A stretch of DNA of 64,000 nt from Eledone cirrhosa. Lineage: Eukaryota. The DNA lies in the NCBI GenBank assembly GCA_964016885.1, contig OZ024740.1, positions 40,052,001 through 40,116,000 on the forward strand, read 5' to 3'. Positions 39,072 to 51,700 of the stretch are shown piece by piece. Below the pieces are notes generated by a model, which was not told the DNA's origin, did not search any database, and worked only from the letters and a program-made list of their open reading frames with translations. Each line of letters opens with the position of its first letter. Position 1 is the stretch's first letter. Position numbers and translations under genes: made by a program.

Positions 39072-41725
39072 TTAGGGTGTTCCAGAATCCCACATTTTAC
39101 ACAAAAGTGTTTTTTTCTTAGCTCCCTATGCACTTTCTCATGCCATTTTGTATATTATCAATTCATAATGTAATTTTGATTATTTCAGACTAATTTAAGC
39201 CTTGCCTAATAGTTGCAAATTGGCAGAATAATGGCGGAAACCAGTGGGCCTAGTTGTAGCTACTCGCTCCGTTGTGATGATCAAGAAATATGGCTCCTGG
39301 GGCAATATGTTACATCCTTTTCACCAAACAAAATACCAACACAGGGGGATGTTCTAAGATATTTCTTCTACCTGAAAGATGGTCCTATGAAACACGAAAA
39401 GCATGTGAGCTTCAATGGTGCCATTGCGGATAGGCTTGTGATGGAAGTAGTTAGTCAGTGGGAAAAAGCCAGTGTGGCGACTCAACGAAAAAACAAAGTG
39501 AAACTGAAAATTATGAACATGTACAGTGAATACAGAAATTTACAAAAAAACAAAAATTCTAAGTCAAACAAGGAAAAGGAAGCACTATTTATTTCTGAAT
39601 TGGATTTGTATTTCTACATTGCACATACTGATGCTGAAAAGAAAATTTTGAAAGACCGCCTTCGTAATAATGAACAGAAAATGGAAGATGCTACATTTAT
39701 CGAAGCCCTGCGTTGCCAGAAAAAAGTATCTCTGGGTGCTGAAGACAAGGGTTAACAGAAAAAGGTATCTTCAAAGTTTAAATTGATCAGGTTTCTGTGG
39801 CTCGTCGAGTCAGAGAACCATAGAAAGCGTTTGTCAGGATCTGTAGCAGCACAACTTCCACGTAATGAACTGAGTGATTTAAGTTCAATCAATGATGAAA
39901 CTGAAGATCGTTTAAACCTGACACTGGGCCAGAGAACAGCATTCATGGCATCGATTATTTCTGAGGGTGGGACTGACATAGATGCCACAACTCTCTCCAA
40001 GAATAGTAGCAGACATGCAGCTAAGAAGATCAGAACTGTACGGACTGAACACATAAAAGAACAATTTGCTGTACCAGACTTTGTTACCTTGCATTGGGAT
40101 GGCAAAATAATTCCTGGTGACCACGAGAGGCTAGGTGTGCTAGTGGCTGGAACTCCGGACTTCAGAGAAGGTAAACTCCTCGGTGTTCCCATAATTCCTG
40201 ATGCCACTGGAACCACCCAAGCCAAAGCATCATTTGATCTTGTTAAAGATTGGAATGTTGATGGGTCTGTGGTGGGCTTGGTCTTCGACACAACTGCTTT
40301 GAATTCTGGATGGAAAAATGGTGCCTGCGTGAAACTAGAAGAGATGCTCAACAAAAAGGTGTTTTAATTTGCTTGTCGGCACCATGTCATGGAGCGTGTC
40401 TTGTGTGCAGTGTGGCAACAACTATTCGGAGCAATGTCCAGTCCAGACACCCCAGAGTTCAAGGAATTAAAAAAAGATTGGGTGTCACTCACGGACAAGA
40501 CCAACTTTAAAACATTGAACATTGTCGACCGGAAACTCAAGAGTCTGTGTTCTGAGAACATCAAGTTCCTCCAAGATTTGCTGACATCCGACGATGGGAA
40601 AATGAGTTCTCTTCCATGGGATGACTACCGAGAATGTGCCGAGTTGATGTTGATCTTGCTTGGTGTCACCCCTCCTCATGGAATTCATTGGACGCTGTCT
40701 GGTGCACATCATAACGCTCGGTGGATGTCCACAATCATCTATAGTGCAATGATGTATGCATTTGGTGAGCGACTCAATTATGATCAAGCTAAAATAGAAA
40801 AGTTGCGCCGGATCTGTATGTTCAATGCTCTGTTCTACGTGCGATACTGGCTGACAGCAGTCAAGTGTGCTGATGCACCATCCAATGACCTTCAATTCTA
40901 CGTGGAGTTGACACAGTACAGTAAGGTTGACAGATCTCTCGCAGGCAACCACTACTCTGCTCTGGGCAGTCATCTTTGGTACCTGACGGAGGAAGCCATT
41001 CCGCTAGCGCTGTTTTCAAGTCGGGTCCAAGAGTCCGAGAAGAAACAAATAGCCCAACGTCTTGTCAAAACGAAAATGTCTGGGCCTCTCGACCGTGGTG
41101 CTCCAGTATTTCCCGAGTTGAAATCGTCGACGAAGCTGCCTCATCTAGTTGGGAAGAAATCAAGGCTTCTGTTCGATCTCCTTGGTCTTGACGATACTTG
41201 GCTTGAGCTGTCACCTGCAACTTGGTCATCACAAGCGTCATATCAAAATGTCTGTGCTGTTGTTCACAATATCAAGGTAGTCAATGATCTGGCGGAGAGA
41301 GCAGTCAAGTTGATAACTGATTTTGTTGCCATCACCAAGAATGAGGAGGAGAAGCAGCGTGTTCTTCAAGTAGTTGAAGCTCATCGTCGCAAGGTCCTGG
41401 ATTTCAAAAAAGAAACCCTGAAAAAAATATGACTGGAGTTAACTTAACTGAACTTGTTTCTTCCTTGTACGCCTTTATATTCAAAGCTGGTTTACTAAAT
41501 ATAATGGATTAATAAAATAAACAATTATTGTATAGTCATATTTGGTTTCACATTTTCATGAAACATGATCACACTTTCCACTATAATCACCATGAAATAG
41601 GCAAGGATCAAAATATATTTTATTTTATACAAAATATGTTTTATTTTACCAATTGGTGCATTTATAATGGGAAAATACACAGGGAGCATTAGTATTGTGA
41701 CCTTGCTTTTTATGGCACACTCTAA
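39072..41725 (+). mobile_element. hAT-superfamily (hATm-like) DNA transposon, apparently complete ends
   Basis: Imperfect TIRs TTAGGGTGTTCC / GGCACACTCTAA; subterminal inverted repeats GCTCCCTATGCACTTTCTCAT / ATGGGAAAATACACAGGGAGC; flanked by (TA)n. Family name from recalled motifs. Confidence 0.75.
39213..41432 (+). pseudogene. hATm-like transposase pseudogene
   Basis: Three ORFs in the same frame split by TAA at 39753-39755 and 40365-40367; motifs LHWDGK, FDTT, CRHH, HNARW, VNDLAERAVKL. Confidence 0.85.
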
Positions 41726-41731
41726 TATATA

Positions 41732-43029
41732 CAGGGTGTGGACGATATTTGTTCGCAAATTTCAACTGCTAATTTTATGCAAATTTTTTTTACTTCCGTT
41801 GTCACTCTTGTCTTCATAAAAACAGTGACTATATTTCCATTATTTATTTTCAGAATAATTGATTATGAATAATTTTGAACCTCCAAATTTGTGGAAGAGA
41901 CATGGAGTTCTTCTTGGAATCCGCGCCGGGAGGACAAATAAGGAAATTTCTTCAGACTTTCTCAGCGTGAGCAGGAGAATGGTGGAAAAGGTCAGAAAGG
42001 AATTGGAAAATTCAGGATTTGACTACGAAGCAACATCAGAGAGGAAAACACATGATCGACGATCTGACGCCTTCAGAATGCCCGAGTTCATCGCTGAAGT
42101 TCAGGATATCATCAACAATGAACCTAGCAAGTCGATGCGTGCCATTGCAAGGGAGAAAGGCGTGGATGAAAAGCTCATTAGGCTGGTGGTACATGAAGAC
42201 ATTCGCTACGTTTTATACAAGATGAGGAAAGGACAATTTCTGTCAAAGGCGATGTAAGAAAAGCGACTGAAGCACTCAAAAAAGCTGATCAACAAGTTGA
42301 AACACCCACTGGAGCCAGACATGCTGTGGTTTTTCTCCGACGAGAAAAACTTCTGCCAAGACCAGAAGTTCAACTCCCAGAACAACAGGTGGCTCGCTGT
42401 CTCATCCAAAGACATGTCCAGAGTCATGCAGACAAAGTTTCCAGCGACAACATTGGTCTTAGGTGTTGTCAGCAGTCAAGGTGACGTGATGCCACCTCAC
42501 TTCTTCCCTGAGGGCCTCAAGCTGAACACTGATGGCTACATCCACGTTCTGAGCGAGATAGTAAAGCCCTGGATCGACCAGGTAGCTGCAGGTAGACCGT
42601 ACGTGTGGCAGCAAGACTCAGCGCCCTGCCATACGAGCCAAAAGACCCAAGCCTGGCTGTCAGAGAACTTTGTCGACCACACTTCACCGGACATCTGGCC
42701 TCCCAGCTCGCCTGACTGCAACCCCCTCGACTTCTTTGTGTGGAGCACAGTGGAACGAGACACCAACAGATCTAGCTGCAATATAAAAGACGATCTGAAG
42801 GCCAGGATCACAAGTGCCTTTAAGGGCCTAAGTCGGGGGACAGTGACGAAGGCCTGTAGCCGGTTCCGAGGCCGCCTTCAGGCCATCATCAATGGCGGGT
42901 TTATCGAGTGAGATCGAAAGAACAAGTCATGAAGACAAACTGACCCAAGTTTGATAAATATATCTTTAAAAATAAAACTATTGTTTTTTTTTCCTAGACA
43001 GTAATCTTGCGAACAAATATCGTTCGCTG
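41732..43029 (+). mobile_element. Tc1/mariner superfamily element, DD37D (maT)
   Basis: TA|CAGGGTGTGGACGATATTTGTTCGCAA ... TTGCGAACAAATATCGTTCGCTG|TA; right TIR has a small deletion. Confidence 0.92.
41859..42911 (+). pseudogene. DD37D transposase with one in-frame stop
   Basis: Two ORFs in the same frame split by TAA at 42255-42257; FSDEK, QQDSAPCH, WPPSSPDCNPLD with 37 residues between the second and third Asp. Confidence 0.9.
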
Positions 43030-43127
43030 TATCATCATCATCATCTTTGTTTAACGTCCATTTTCCACGCTAGTATGGGTTATATATATATATAAAGAAA
43101 TTAAAAGATGGTTAAAAAAGTTCCATA

Positions 43128-43194
43128 TATTTTATTATGCGCATTTCGAAAACAACATCCTGCGACAAAAATTGTGTTCTCATCAGATAAAATA
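43128..43194 (-). ncRNA. Minimal type I hammerhead ribozyme (Penelope/retrozyme type)
   Basis: Minus strand: TATTTTAT-CTGATGA-GAACACAAT...GTTGTTTTC-GAAA-TGCGCA-TA-ATAAAATA; full catalytic core, 8-bp stem I, G-C closed stem II, palindromic loop III. Confidence 0.75.
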
Positions 43195-44061
43195 AGGTAA
43201 CATGATATGAGGCCTAAAAATACTTGTGAACATAATTTCTTCTTTATATATACTCCAGTTCTACCAACTGTTGAGTGCTACTTATCTGAAATATGCATAG
43301 TTTTATTGTTCTACAATATTACTCATATCCTACATAAATAAATATATATAAAAGCGGGTTCGTACATATGTAGGGTGTGTGTATATGTGTACTTTGTGTT
43401 TTGGTCGACGTTCGCCTGCGGACATATGTGTATTTACATGTAGGTATGTGTGTGCGCGCATTATATACGTTTATTTAATTATATGTATACACGTACACAC
43501 ACACATATATATATATATTTTTATGTGTATCTGGTGTATATGTTCGTATGTGTGCGGGTACAGGCATTGCGTGGGTTCTGTATGTGTGTGCGGGTTTTTT
43601 TGTGAACGTGCTTGTATTTGTATACCTATGGCGTGTGTTTTCGCGTATGGTTGTGTATGTACGTATATGGATGCGTGTATGTATTTATTTAATTTCAATT
43701 ACCTCTGTATTTTATTTACTTTATTCTTAACTCTGAAGCCGAGTATCATTCGGTTTCCTAGTTAGAATTTTAGTCTATGACTTCAGTTATACCATTTACG
43801 TGGTTTGGTCTTTGTGTGCAATTGTTTTCACCGCTCCAAATAATTATGTATTATCTTCGTTTTTTTCCGTTCTTTACCAGGGAACGTTTCCACGAACCAA
43901 AGTATCGTCTTCCTGTCTTCCTCCAGTTGCAACGTTTTTGGAAATATTTACTTCTGCGTTCACAGATTAACTTTTTTAGTTTCAGACGATCCCGTTAAGG
44001 GTGAAAGCAGCGATTCTTTGCTTAAAGTTTAATCTGTTATTTTAATAAATATATATATATT

Positions 44062-45374
44062 CTATCAGCCTCCCGGTCTGTACTATGCTGAAATCTATTT
44101 ATCAGGCACCTATTGTCGTAGTGTCGATTTTCCTTAGAATAAAAGATGTTAATAGGTATTTAAACATTGCATAACATAATGTTAAAAAATTATTTAGAAT
44201 ATCTAAATACAGAGAGAAATAAAGAAAATAACAGAAAAATGTTTTCTACGAAAATTATAAAACATTTACAGAACTTCAGTATATACAATATTTTAAACTT
44301 TTCTTTGGAGCACATTTAAAGAGTCAGTGGGCTCTTCCTAGCCTGGAATAACCTACACACAATTGACCATGTGACAAACAGCCCTCTTCGAGATGGAGAC
44401 CGACAACCTGCAGTGTTTGATCTTGGGGTATGTTAATAGTCATTGCGCAACTGACTCTCGCTGGGAATTGCAATTGTTTGAAACAAAAGGGGAAATCTGT
44501 TGGTATTAGCGGCATTCTAGGTTTAAATGTGATGATTCTGTAGTGGAACTACGTTGTATCTCACAATAGCAACATTTTCATATGCAATAAGGTTAAACAG
44601 ACCAATGGTAAATTGCGTATGAATACATGGTCACCCTCTCTCTCTGGTGAAAAACCACAGTACACAGGAGACCAGGAGATGACTACGGAAGTGTGAAGAA
44701 TTATTACAGAATGACTCCTACTATATTCCTTTCGACAATAAAAATTATATTTATAGAGGATTGAGCGTTAAAGATCATCATTTCTATAACTCCCTTACCA
44801 CATCCAGTGAGAATTTTGGCTTCGATAATGTGAGGCTGTAGTCACAACCATACGTGTGCCATTGCCCAATCTTGGCTGATCTAAGTTTCTGAGAAGCCTG
44901 GTAACTGTGTCTGTCTTCAATTCAAGGTTGTGTGGCAGCATACCAGACTGTTGAGAAATTCAATGGGATAATGAACAGCAACGTCTTCGTCGACAACTTT
45001 GTCGATAGATTTATAGGTCTGGCTACCTCCAGGGATCATTTGTTAGAGATTTTATTGATGGCGTTCACTATGTTTTGTGGAGCAAGGATTGCACTTTCAC
45101 GTAGCCATTCCGCATTGAAATGGTGGATTTTGAAATTGAGGTATACTTGATTAATTAAGTTTACAACGCTTTTCACAACAGCAGAATGATGAAGGATAAA
45201 AACATCCTTCAGTATCAAAGAATTGCTTTTCTATAAATTTAAGTGCCTGAGAGATGCTTATCTGTAACTCCGAAGGTCCCTCTCCTTTCCCGCCTGTTAT
45301 TTGCACTGAAGAAATCAGAGAGGAGGAGATGGATTGAGTGAGAGGTGTAGTGTTTCCCTCTTTATATATATAGA
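44062..45374 (-). mobile_element. Internally deleted Helitron with PIF1-like helicase remnants
   Basis: 5' end A|TCTATATATATAAAG at 45374; WLRESAILAPQN, LLRNLDQPRLGNGTR, PLIPTDFPFCFKQLQFP...AMTIN...QTL...SHGQL; 3' end decayed and approximate. Confidence 0.82.
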
Positions 45375-46621
45375 TTGTATAACGGACGATCAGAGAGCAA
45401 TTGCATGCTAGAAAGAGCAGTAACCCCCCCCCCCCCCTCTATTTTCGGGAAATAAGTCGACAACGAGGTTGTTGGGGGTCAGATTAGTTGAAAACAGGAA
45501 AAAACTTTATCAATTTTATGTAGTGTCAACGTACAAGCAAACACTTTTATAAATATAAGGAAGACCTGGACGGAAGTGATATGAGCTGATCTAAAATCAC
45601 TGAGACTCATTGGGGAGATGAAGGAACGCAACGAGTGAAAAGATGCTGTGCCGAAAATGACTCGTCCAACCCATGCGAGCGTGGAAAAACCGACGTTAAA
45701 ATGATATTGACGATGATGGTGGTGATGATGATGTATGAAGCTCAACAAGTAAAAAGAGGAAACCCGAGACTGATAAAAACTGACCGGTAACAAAGTTTCA
45801 AGTAAGTTCCAATGAAAATGAGTCACTGGCCAAGTCGCAAAAACTTCGACAAAAATGTTGATACCAAGAAATAAATGTAAAGTGAATTTAACAGTGTGTT
45901 ATAGGTTCAACACCGTCTCAAATCAAGTTTCTAATGAAACAAGTGCGAGATAGGAGTTATCTACCTTGTCAGCAACTATTAATGTCGGTGTCTCTTTCGT
46001 AACTCATGTGTTTGTCTTAAATGTTATTTGATCAGAATATATACATTCGTAATGTAATTGTCTCAAATTCTTCTTTTACTATCCATTGAGTTTAATACTG
46101 TAAGTATTTATATATTCCCTTTATTTCAAAATCATCTTACGATACCCAACAGTAAATTACACATGGTAATTTCGTTGTATATTATTCATCGTTTGCTAGA
46201 AAACTAACTCGTTATTTTAACCTATGTCCTTGGGAAGAGCAAAACAACACATCTTGCTCTCCCTGTTTTCTTTAATTAACCGGTTTTCTATTATTAAGTA
46301 TGAAACAAAAGCAATCTTTAAGATACACATCCGGATAAATGTTACCACTTGGATTTTTTTAATATGATTATATTCGTCGTTTTAACATGTAGAGTACAAT
46401 AAGGTGTAAACGAGAACTTCAGATGGAATATCTGGAGGTATTTTAGCTATTATTGATAATGGATCTGGAAGTAAGAAAATAAAAATATCAGGTGATATTC
46501 AGTGGATTCATTTCATATACTCTTTAACACACACACACTCTCCGTCATGCACACATACACCGACTCACATACACACAAGCACTCCATCAAACACAACCCA
46601 CACACACACACATATATACAC

Positions 46622-47002
46622 AATGACCCAAGTTCTGCTGCACGTCGGGCTGAGGGGGCCAAACTCCTCAAATACCGGTCGCTCTCCGACAGGTTTGCGG
46701 TCGTTCTCCTGGCAGTGGAGACTTCTGGTGTCCTCGGCCCCAGGGCTACCTCCTTACTCACCACCATAGGCGCTGAGCTGGCCAGCCGCAGGTGTGAGCC
46801 CCGCGAGTTGGAGTGGCTTTTCCAGCGCGTCTCTCTTGCCGTCCAACGGGGAAACGCCTTCTCCATTCTGTCCGCCGGGGCTGTGGGTGGGCCCCATCGC
46901 GTACCAATACATTAGTTAAATATCATTCTTTCATCTGACACAACACAAAGACTAAAGTGTTTAAAAAAAAAAAAAATTATGTTGAAATAAAAAAAAATAT
47001 AT
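46622..47002 (+). mobile_element. 3' end of a CRE-like non-LTR retrotransposon (restriction-like endonuclease C-terminus)
   Basis: GC-rich AE..K..KY...AVETSG..G...WLFQRVSLAVQRGNA.SI, stop, poly(A); ATATATACAC at 46612 and 47003 as candidate TSD. Confidence 0.72.
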
Positions 47003-47049
47003 ATATATACACCACACACACTAGCAGAGGAAAGAACCCCGATCCTAAT

Positions 47050-47490
47050 CCTTCTTCTTCGCCCACATATTTCCGAGAGGGTATTGGGGGGCAGTCCTCA
47101 AACACTCCCTCCAACGGGTCCTGTCAGAAGCAACCATCTCCAATTTATCCGGCTGGATCCCTAAGCGTGACCAGCCAAGCTCATGGATGTTATCCAACTA
47201 TCTTGCTCGGGGTCTATCCCTGGGTCTCCTACCTGTTGGTTTTGCCCATAAAATCTGTCCAGCGATCCTTTCCTGAGACATTCTAACCACATTCCCATAA
47301 TATCGGAGCTGTGATCTCTCAATTTAAAGAAGGAGTGGCTGATTTCCGAGCTACGCACTTTATCGAGGAGCGTTACTCCAAAGACCCTTTGGAGGAACCC
47401 CATTTCAGCCGCTTGTATTCGCGATCGTATTCTTTCGGTCATTACCCAATATTTATGACCATAGGTAAGGGTTGGCACAAAAACCAAATT
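47050..47490 (-). mobile_element. Rex3/Expander-like RTE 3' fragment
   Basis: VFVPTLTYGHKYWVMTERIRSRIQAAEMGFL...DKVRSS; (GAA)n tail. Confidence 0.8.
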
Positions 47491-47833
47491 GAAGACAGCA
47501 TGTATAATACGTGTATAATACGCCGTGATTTATAACATCGAAGATGCCCGATATTTATTCCGACTTCTTTGTGTTCTAAAGTTAATATTTTTCTGATTGG
47601 AACGTGGTTTTACCTAGGTTCCTACTTTTCAGGAGGTGACTAATCATGCATCCTTAACTTCGCCTTATTTCTCTCTAGATATGTAAAACCCTATAACACG
47701 AATGAAATACACTGAAGCAGTTATTGAAATATATTTGAAAGGTTCTATCAACTTTCCATTGTATTAGAATTGTGTCTCAGCTGTTATTTATGTAAAATAA
47801 TTAAATATTTAAGGGACAGTATCAGTAGAGATT

Positions 47834-48330
47834 CATCATCATCACCGTTTTACGTCCATTCTTCCACGCTAGCATGTTAGACGGGCTGTCCTGTTGTGGG
47901 CAATGCCAGGTCAGGTGACCTTGTTTTGCTTATACGGGAACTGAATTTGGCTTGATTTCTATAACTGGATGCCCTTCCTAACACCAACCTCATTTACAGT
48001 GAGTACAGTGCTTTTTTACCATGGCGCCTACACAACTACTTTACAGTGTAGACTGGGTGTTTTTTGTTGTGACACGACCACTTTGCAGTGAGAGGGGGTG
48101 GGGCATACTGTCTATATGCTTCAGCTACGGCTTGTACCCGTGAGAAGTCGGGAATCTGTATTACTGCGTAACGCCAGAGGTCTCGGTTCTGTGTCATCGT
48201 CTTTGAGAGGTGCAATTGGGCATGGATAGCTTTTATCACCTCGTCCCAGGTCTTCTTGGGTCTCCCCACTCCAAGGCTTCCATCGACTTTTAGTGCTCTG
48301 CACCTTTTTATGCAGCTGTCATCCTTCATA
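47834..48330 (-). mobile_element. RTE 3' fragment, same subfamily as 21968-22820
   Basis: MKDDSCIKRCRAL...GRPKKTWDEVIK, 3'UTR, (CAT)n tail. Confidence 0.88.
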
Positions 48331-48749
48331 AAATATAATTATGGCACACATGTTTAATGTTCCTGATCAGATATTTCCAGCAAATATTCACTGACATAAA
48401 ATTCAGATTACTGAGCTCAAAAATCCAGTTTTTAATATAGCAATATAAATGGTTTCTTTTGATAATGTAAAACAGTTCCAATGTATGGTAGAAAGGACAT
48501 TTTAGTCCTGCTAAGGTCATAACGACCTCACCAGTGCTGGAGCTATAATTAAATACACCCAGTACACTTTGTAAATTAGATGGCATTAGGAAGTGTATCC
48601 AGCCATAGAATCCACAGCGAAAATGGTATGTATGTTAGTGACCTCTGCCTGTTTAAGAGGTCACTAACTCTGAATAAGAACAGATTTGGACAGTTACAAT
48701 CAGTTCAACCCATACCAGCATGGGAAGTGGACATGATATCATTCCTTGT

Positions 48750-51700
48750 GTGCTATCATTGACACTGTATTGTATCATTGACATTGTTCTATCATTACCA
48801 CTGTGTTCTATCATTACCACTGTGTTCTATCATTGACACTGTTCTATCATTACCACTGTGTTCTATCATTGACATTGTTCTATCATTGACACTGTTCTAT
48901 CATTACCACTGTGTTCTATCATTGACACTGTTCTATCATTACCACTGTGTTCTATCATTGACACTGTTCTATCATTACCACTGTGTTCTATCATTGACAT
49001 TGTTCTATCATTGGCACTGTTCTATCATTACCACTGTGTTCTATCATTGACATTGTTCTATCATTGACACTGTTCTATCATTACCACTGTGTTCTATCAT
49101 TGACATTGTTCTATCATTGGCACTGTTCTATCATTACCACTGTGTTCTATCATTGACATTGTTCTATCATTGGCACTGTTCTATCATTACCACTGTGTTC
49201 TATCATTGACATTGTTCTATCATTGACACTGTATTGTATCATTGACATTGTTCTATCATTACCACTGTGTTCTATCATTACCACTGTGTTCTATCATTGA
49301 CACTGTTCTATCATTACCACTGTGTTCTATCATTGACATTGTTCTATCATTGACACTGTTCTATCATTACCACTGTGTTCTATCATTGACACTGTTCTAT
49401 CATTACCACTGTGTTCTATCATTGACACTGTTCTATCATTACCACTGTGTTCTATCATTGACATTGTTCTATCATTGGCACTGTTCTATCATTACCACTG
49501 TGTTCTATCATTGACACTGTTCTATCATTACCACTGTGTTCTATCATTACCACTGTTCTATCATTGACACTGTTCTATCATTACCACTGTGTTCTATCAT
49601 TGACACTGTTCTATCATTGACACTGTTCTATCATTGACACTGTTCTATCATTACCACTATGTTCTATCATTGACACTGTTCTATCATTACCACTTTGTTC
49701 TATCATTGACACTGTTCTATCATTACCACTGTGTTCTATCATTGACACTGTTCTATCATTACCACTGTTCTATCATTGACACTGTTCTATCATTACCACT
49801 GTGTTCTATCATTGACACTGTTCTATCATTACCACTATGTTCTATCATTGACACTGTTCTATCATTACCACTGTGTTCTATCATTGACACTGTTCTATCA
49901 TTACCACTGTTCTATCATTACCACTATGTTCTATCATTGACACTGTTCTATCATTACCACTGTGTTCTATCATTGACACTGTTCTATCATTACCACTGTT
50001 CTATCATTGACACTGTTCTATCATTACCACTGTGTTCTATCATTGACACTGTTCTATCATTGACACTGTTCTATCATTACCACTATGTTCTATCATTGAC
50101 ACTGTTCTATCATTAACACTGTGCTCTATGATTGACACTGTTCTATCATTGACACTGTTCTATCATGACCACTATGTTCTATCATTGACACTGTTCTATC
50201 ATTACCACTGTGTTCTATCATTACCACTGTTCTATCATTGACACTGTTCTATCATTACCACTGTGTTCTATCATTGAAACTGTTCTATCATTACCACTGT
50301 GTTCTATCATTGACACTGTTCTATCATTACCACTGTGCTCTATCATTGACACTGTTCTATCATTGACACTGTTCTATCATTACCACTGTTCTATCAATGA
50401 CACTGTTCTATCATTACCACTATGTTCTATCATTACCACTATGTTCTATCATTGACACTGTTCTATCATTGACACTGTTCTATCATTACCACTGTGTTCT
50501 ATCATTGACACTGTTCTATCATTGACACTGTTCTATCATTACCACTATGTTCTATCATTGACACTGTTCTATCATTGACACTGTTCTATCATTACCACTG
50601 TGTTCTATCATTGACACTGTTCTATCATTACCACTGTGTTCTATCATTGACACTGTTCTATCATTACCACTGTGTTCTATCATTACCACTGTTCTATCAT
50701 TGACACTGTGTTCTATCATTGACACTGTTCTATCATTACCACTGTGTTCTATCATTGACACTGTTCTATCATTACCACTGTTCTATCATTGACACTGTTC
50801 TATCATTACCACTGTGTTCTATCATGGACACTGTTCTATCATTACCACTGTGTTCTATCATTGACACTGTTCTATCATTACCACTATGTTCTATCATTGA
50901 CACTGTTCTATCATTACCACTGTGTTCTATCATTGACACTGTTCTATCATTACCACTGTTCTATCATTGACACTGTTCTATCATTACCACTGTGTTCTAT
51001 CATTGAAACTGTTCTATCATTACCACTGTGTTCTATCATTGACACTGTTCTATCATTACCACTGTGCTCTATCATTGACACTGTTCTATCATTGACACTG
51101 TTCTATCATTAACACTGTGCTCTATCATTGACACTGTTCTATCATTGACACTGTTCTATCATTACCACTGTGTTCTATCATTACCACTGTTCTATCATTG
51201 ACACTGTTCTATCATTACCACTGTGTTCTATCATTGAAACTGTTCTATCATTACCACTGTGTTCTATCATTGACACTGTTCTATCATTACCACTGTGCTC
51301 TATCATTGACACTGTTCTATCATTGACACTGTTCTATCATTACCACTGTTCTATCAATGACACTGTTCTATCATTACCACTATGTTCTATCATTGAAACT
51401 GTTCTATCATTACCACTGTGTTCTATCATTGACACTGTTCTATCATTACCACTGTGCTCTATCATTGACACTGTTCTATCATTGACACTGTTCTATCATT
51501 ACCACCGTTCTATCATTGACACTGTTCTATCATTGACACTGTTCTATCATTACCACTGTGTTCTATCATTGACACTGTTCTATCATTGACACTGTTCTAT
51601 CATTGACACTGTTCTATCATTACCACTATGTTCTATCATTGACACTGTTCTATCATTGACACTGTTCTATCATTACCACTGTGTTCTATCATTGACACTG

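Noticed and set aside
43350-44040. Possible gene or element in the GT-rich and following sequence
   Set aside because: No recognisable protein motif, termini or splice pattern that I can support
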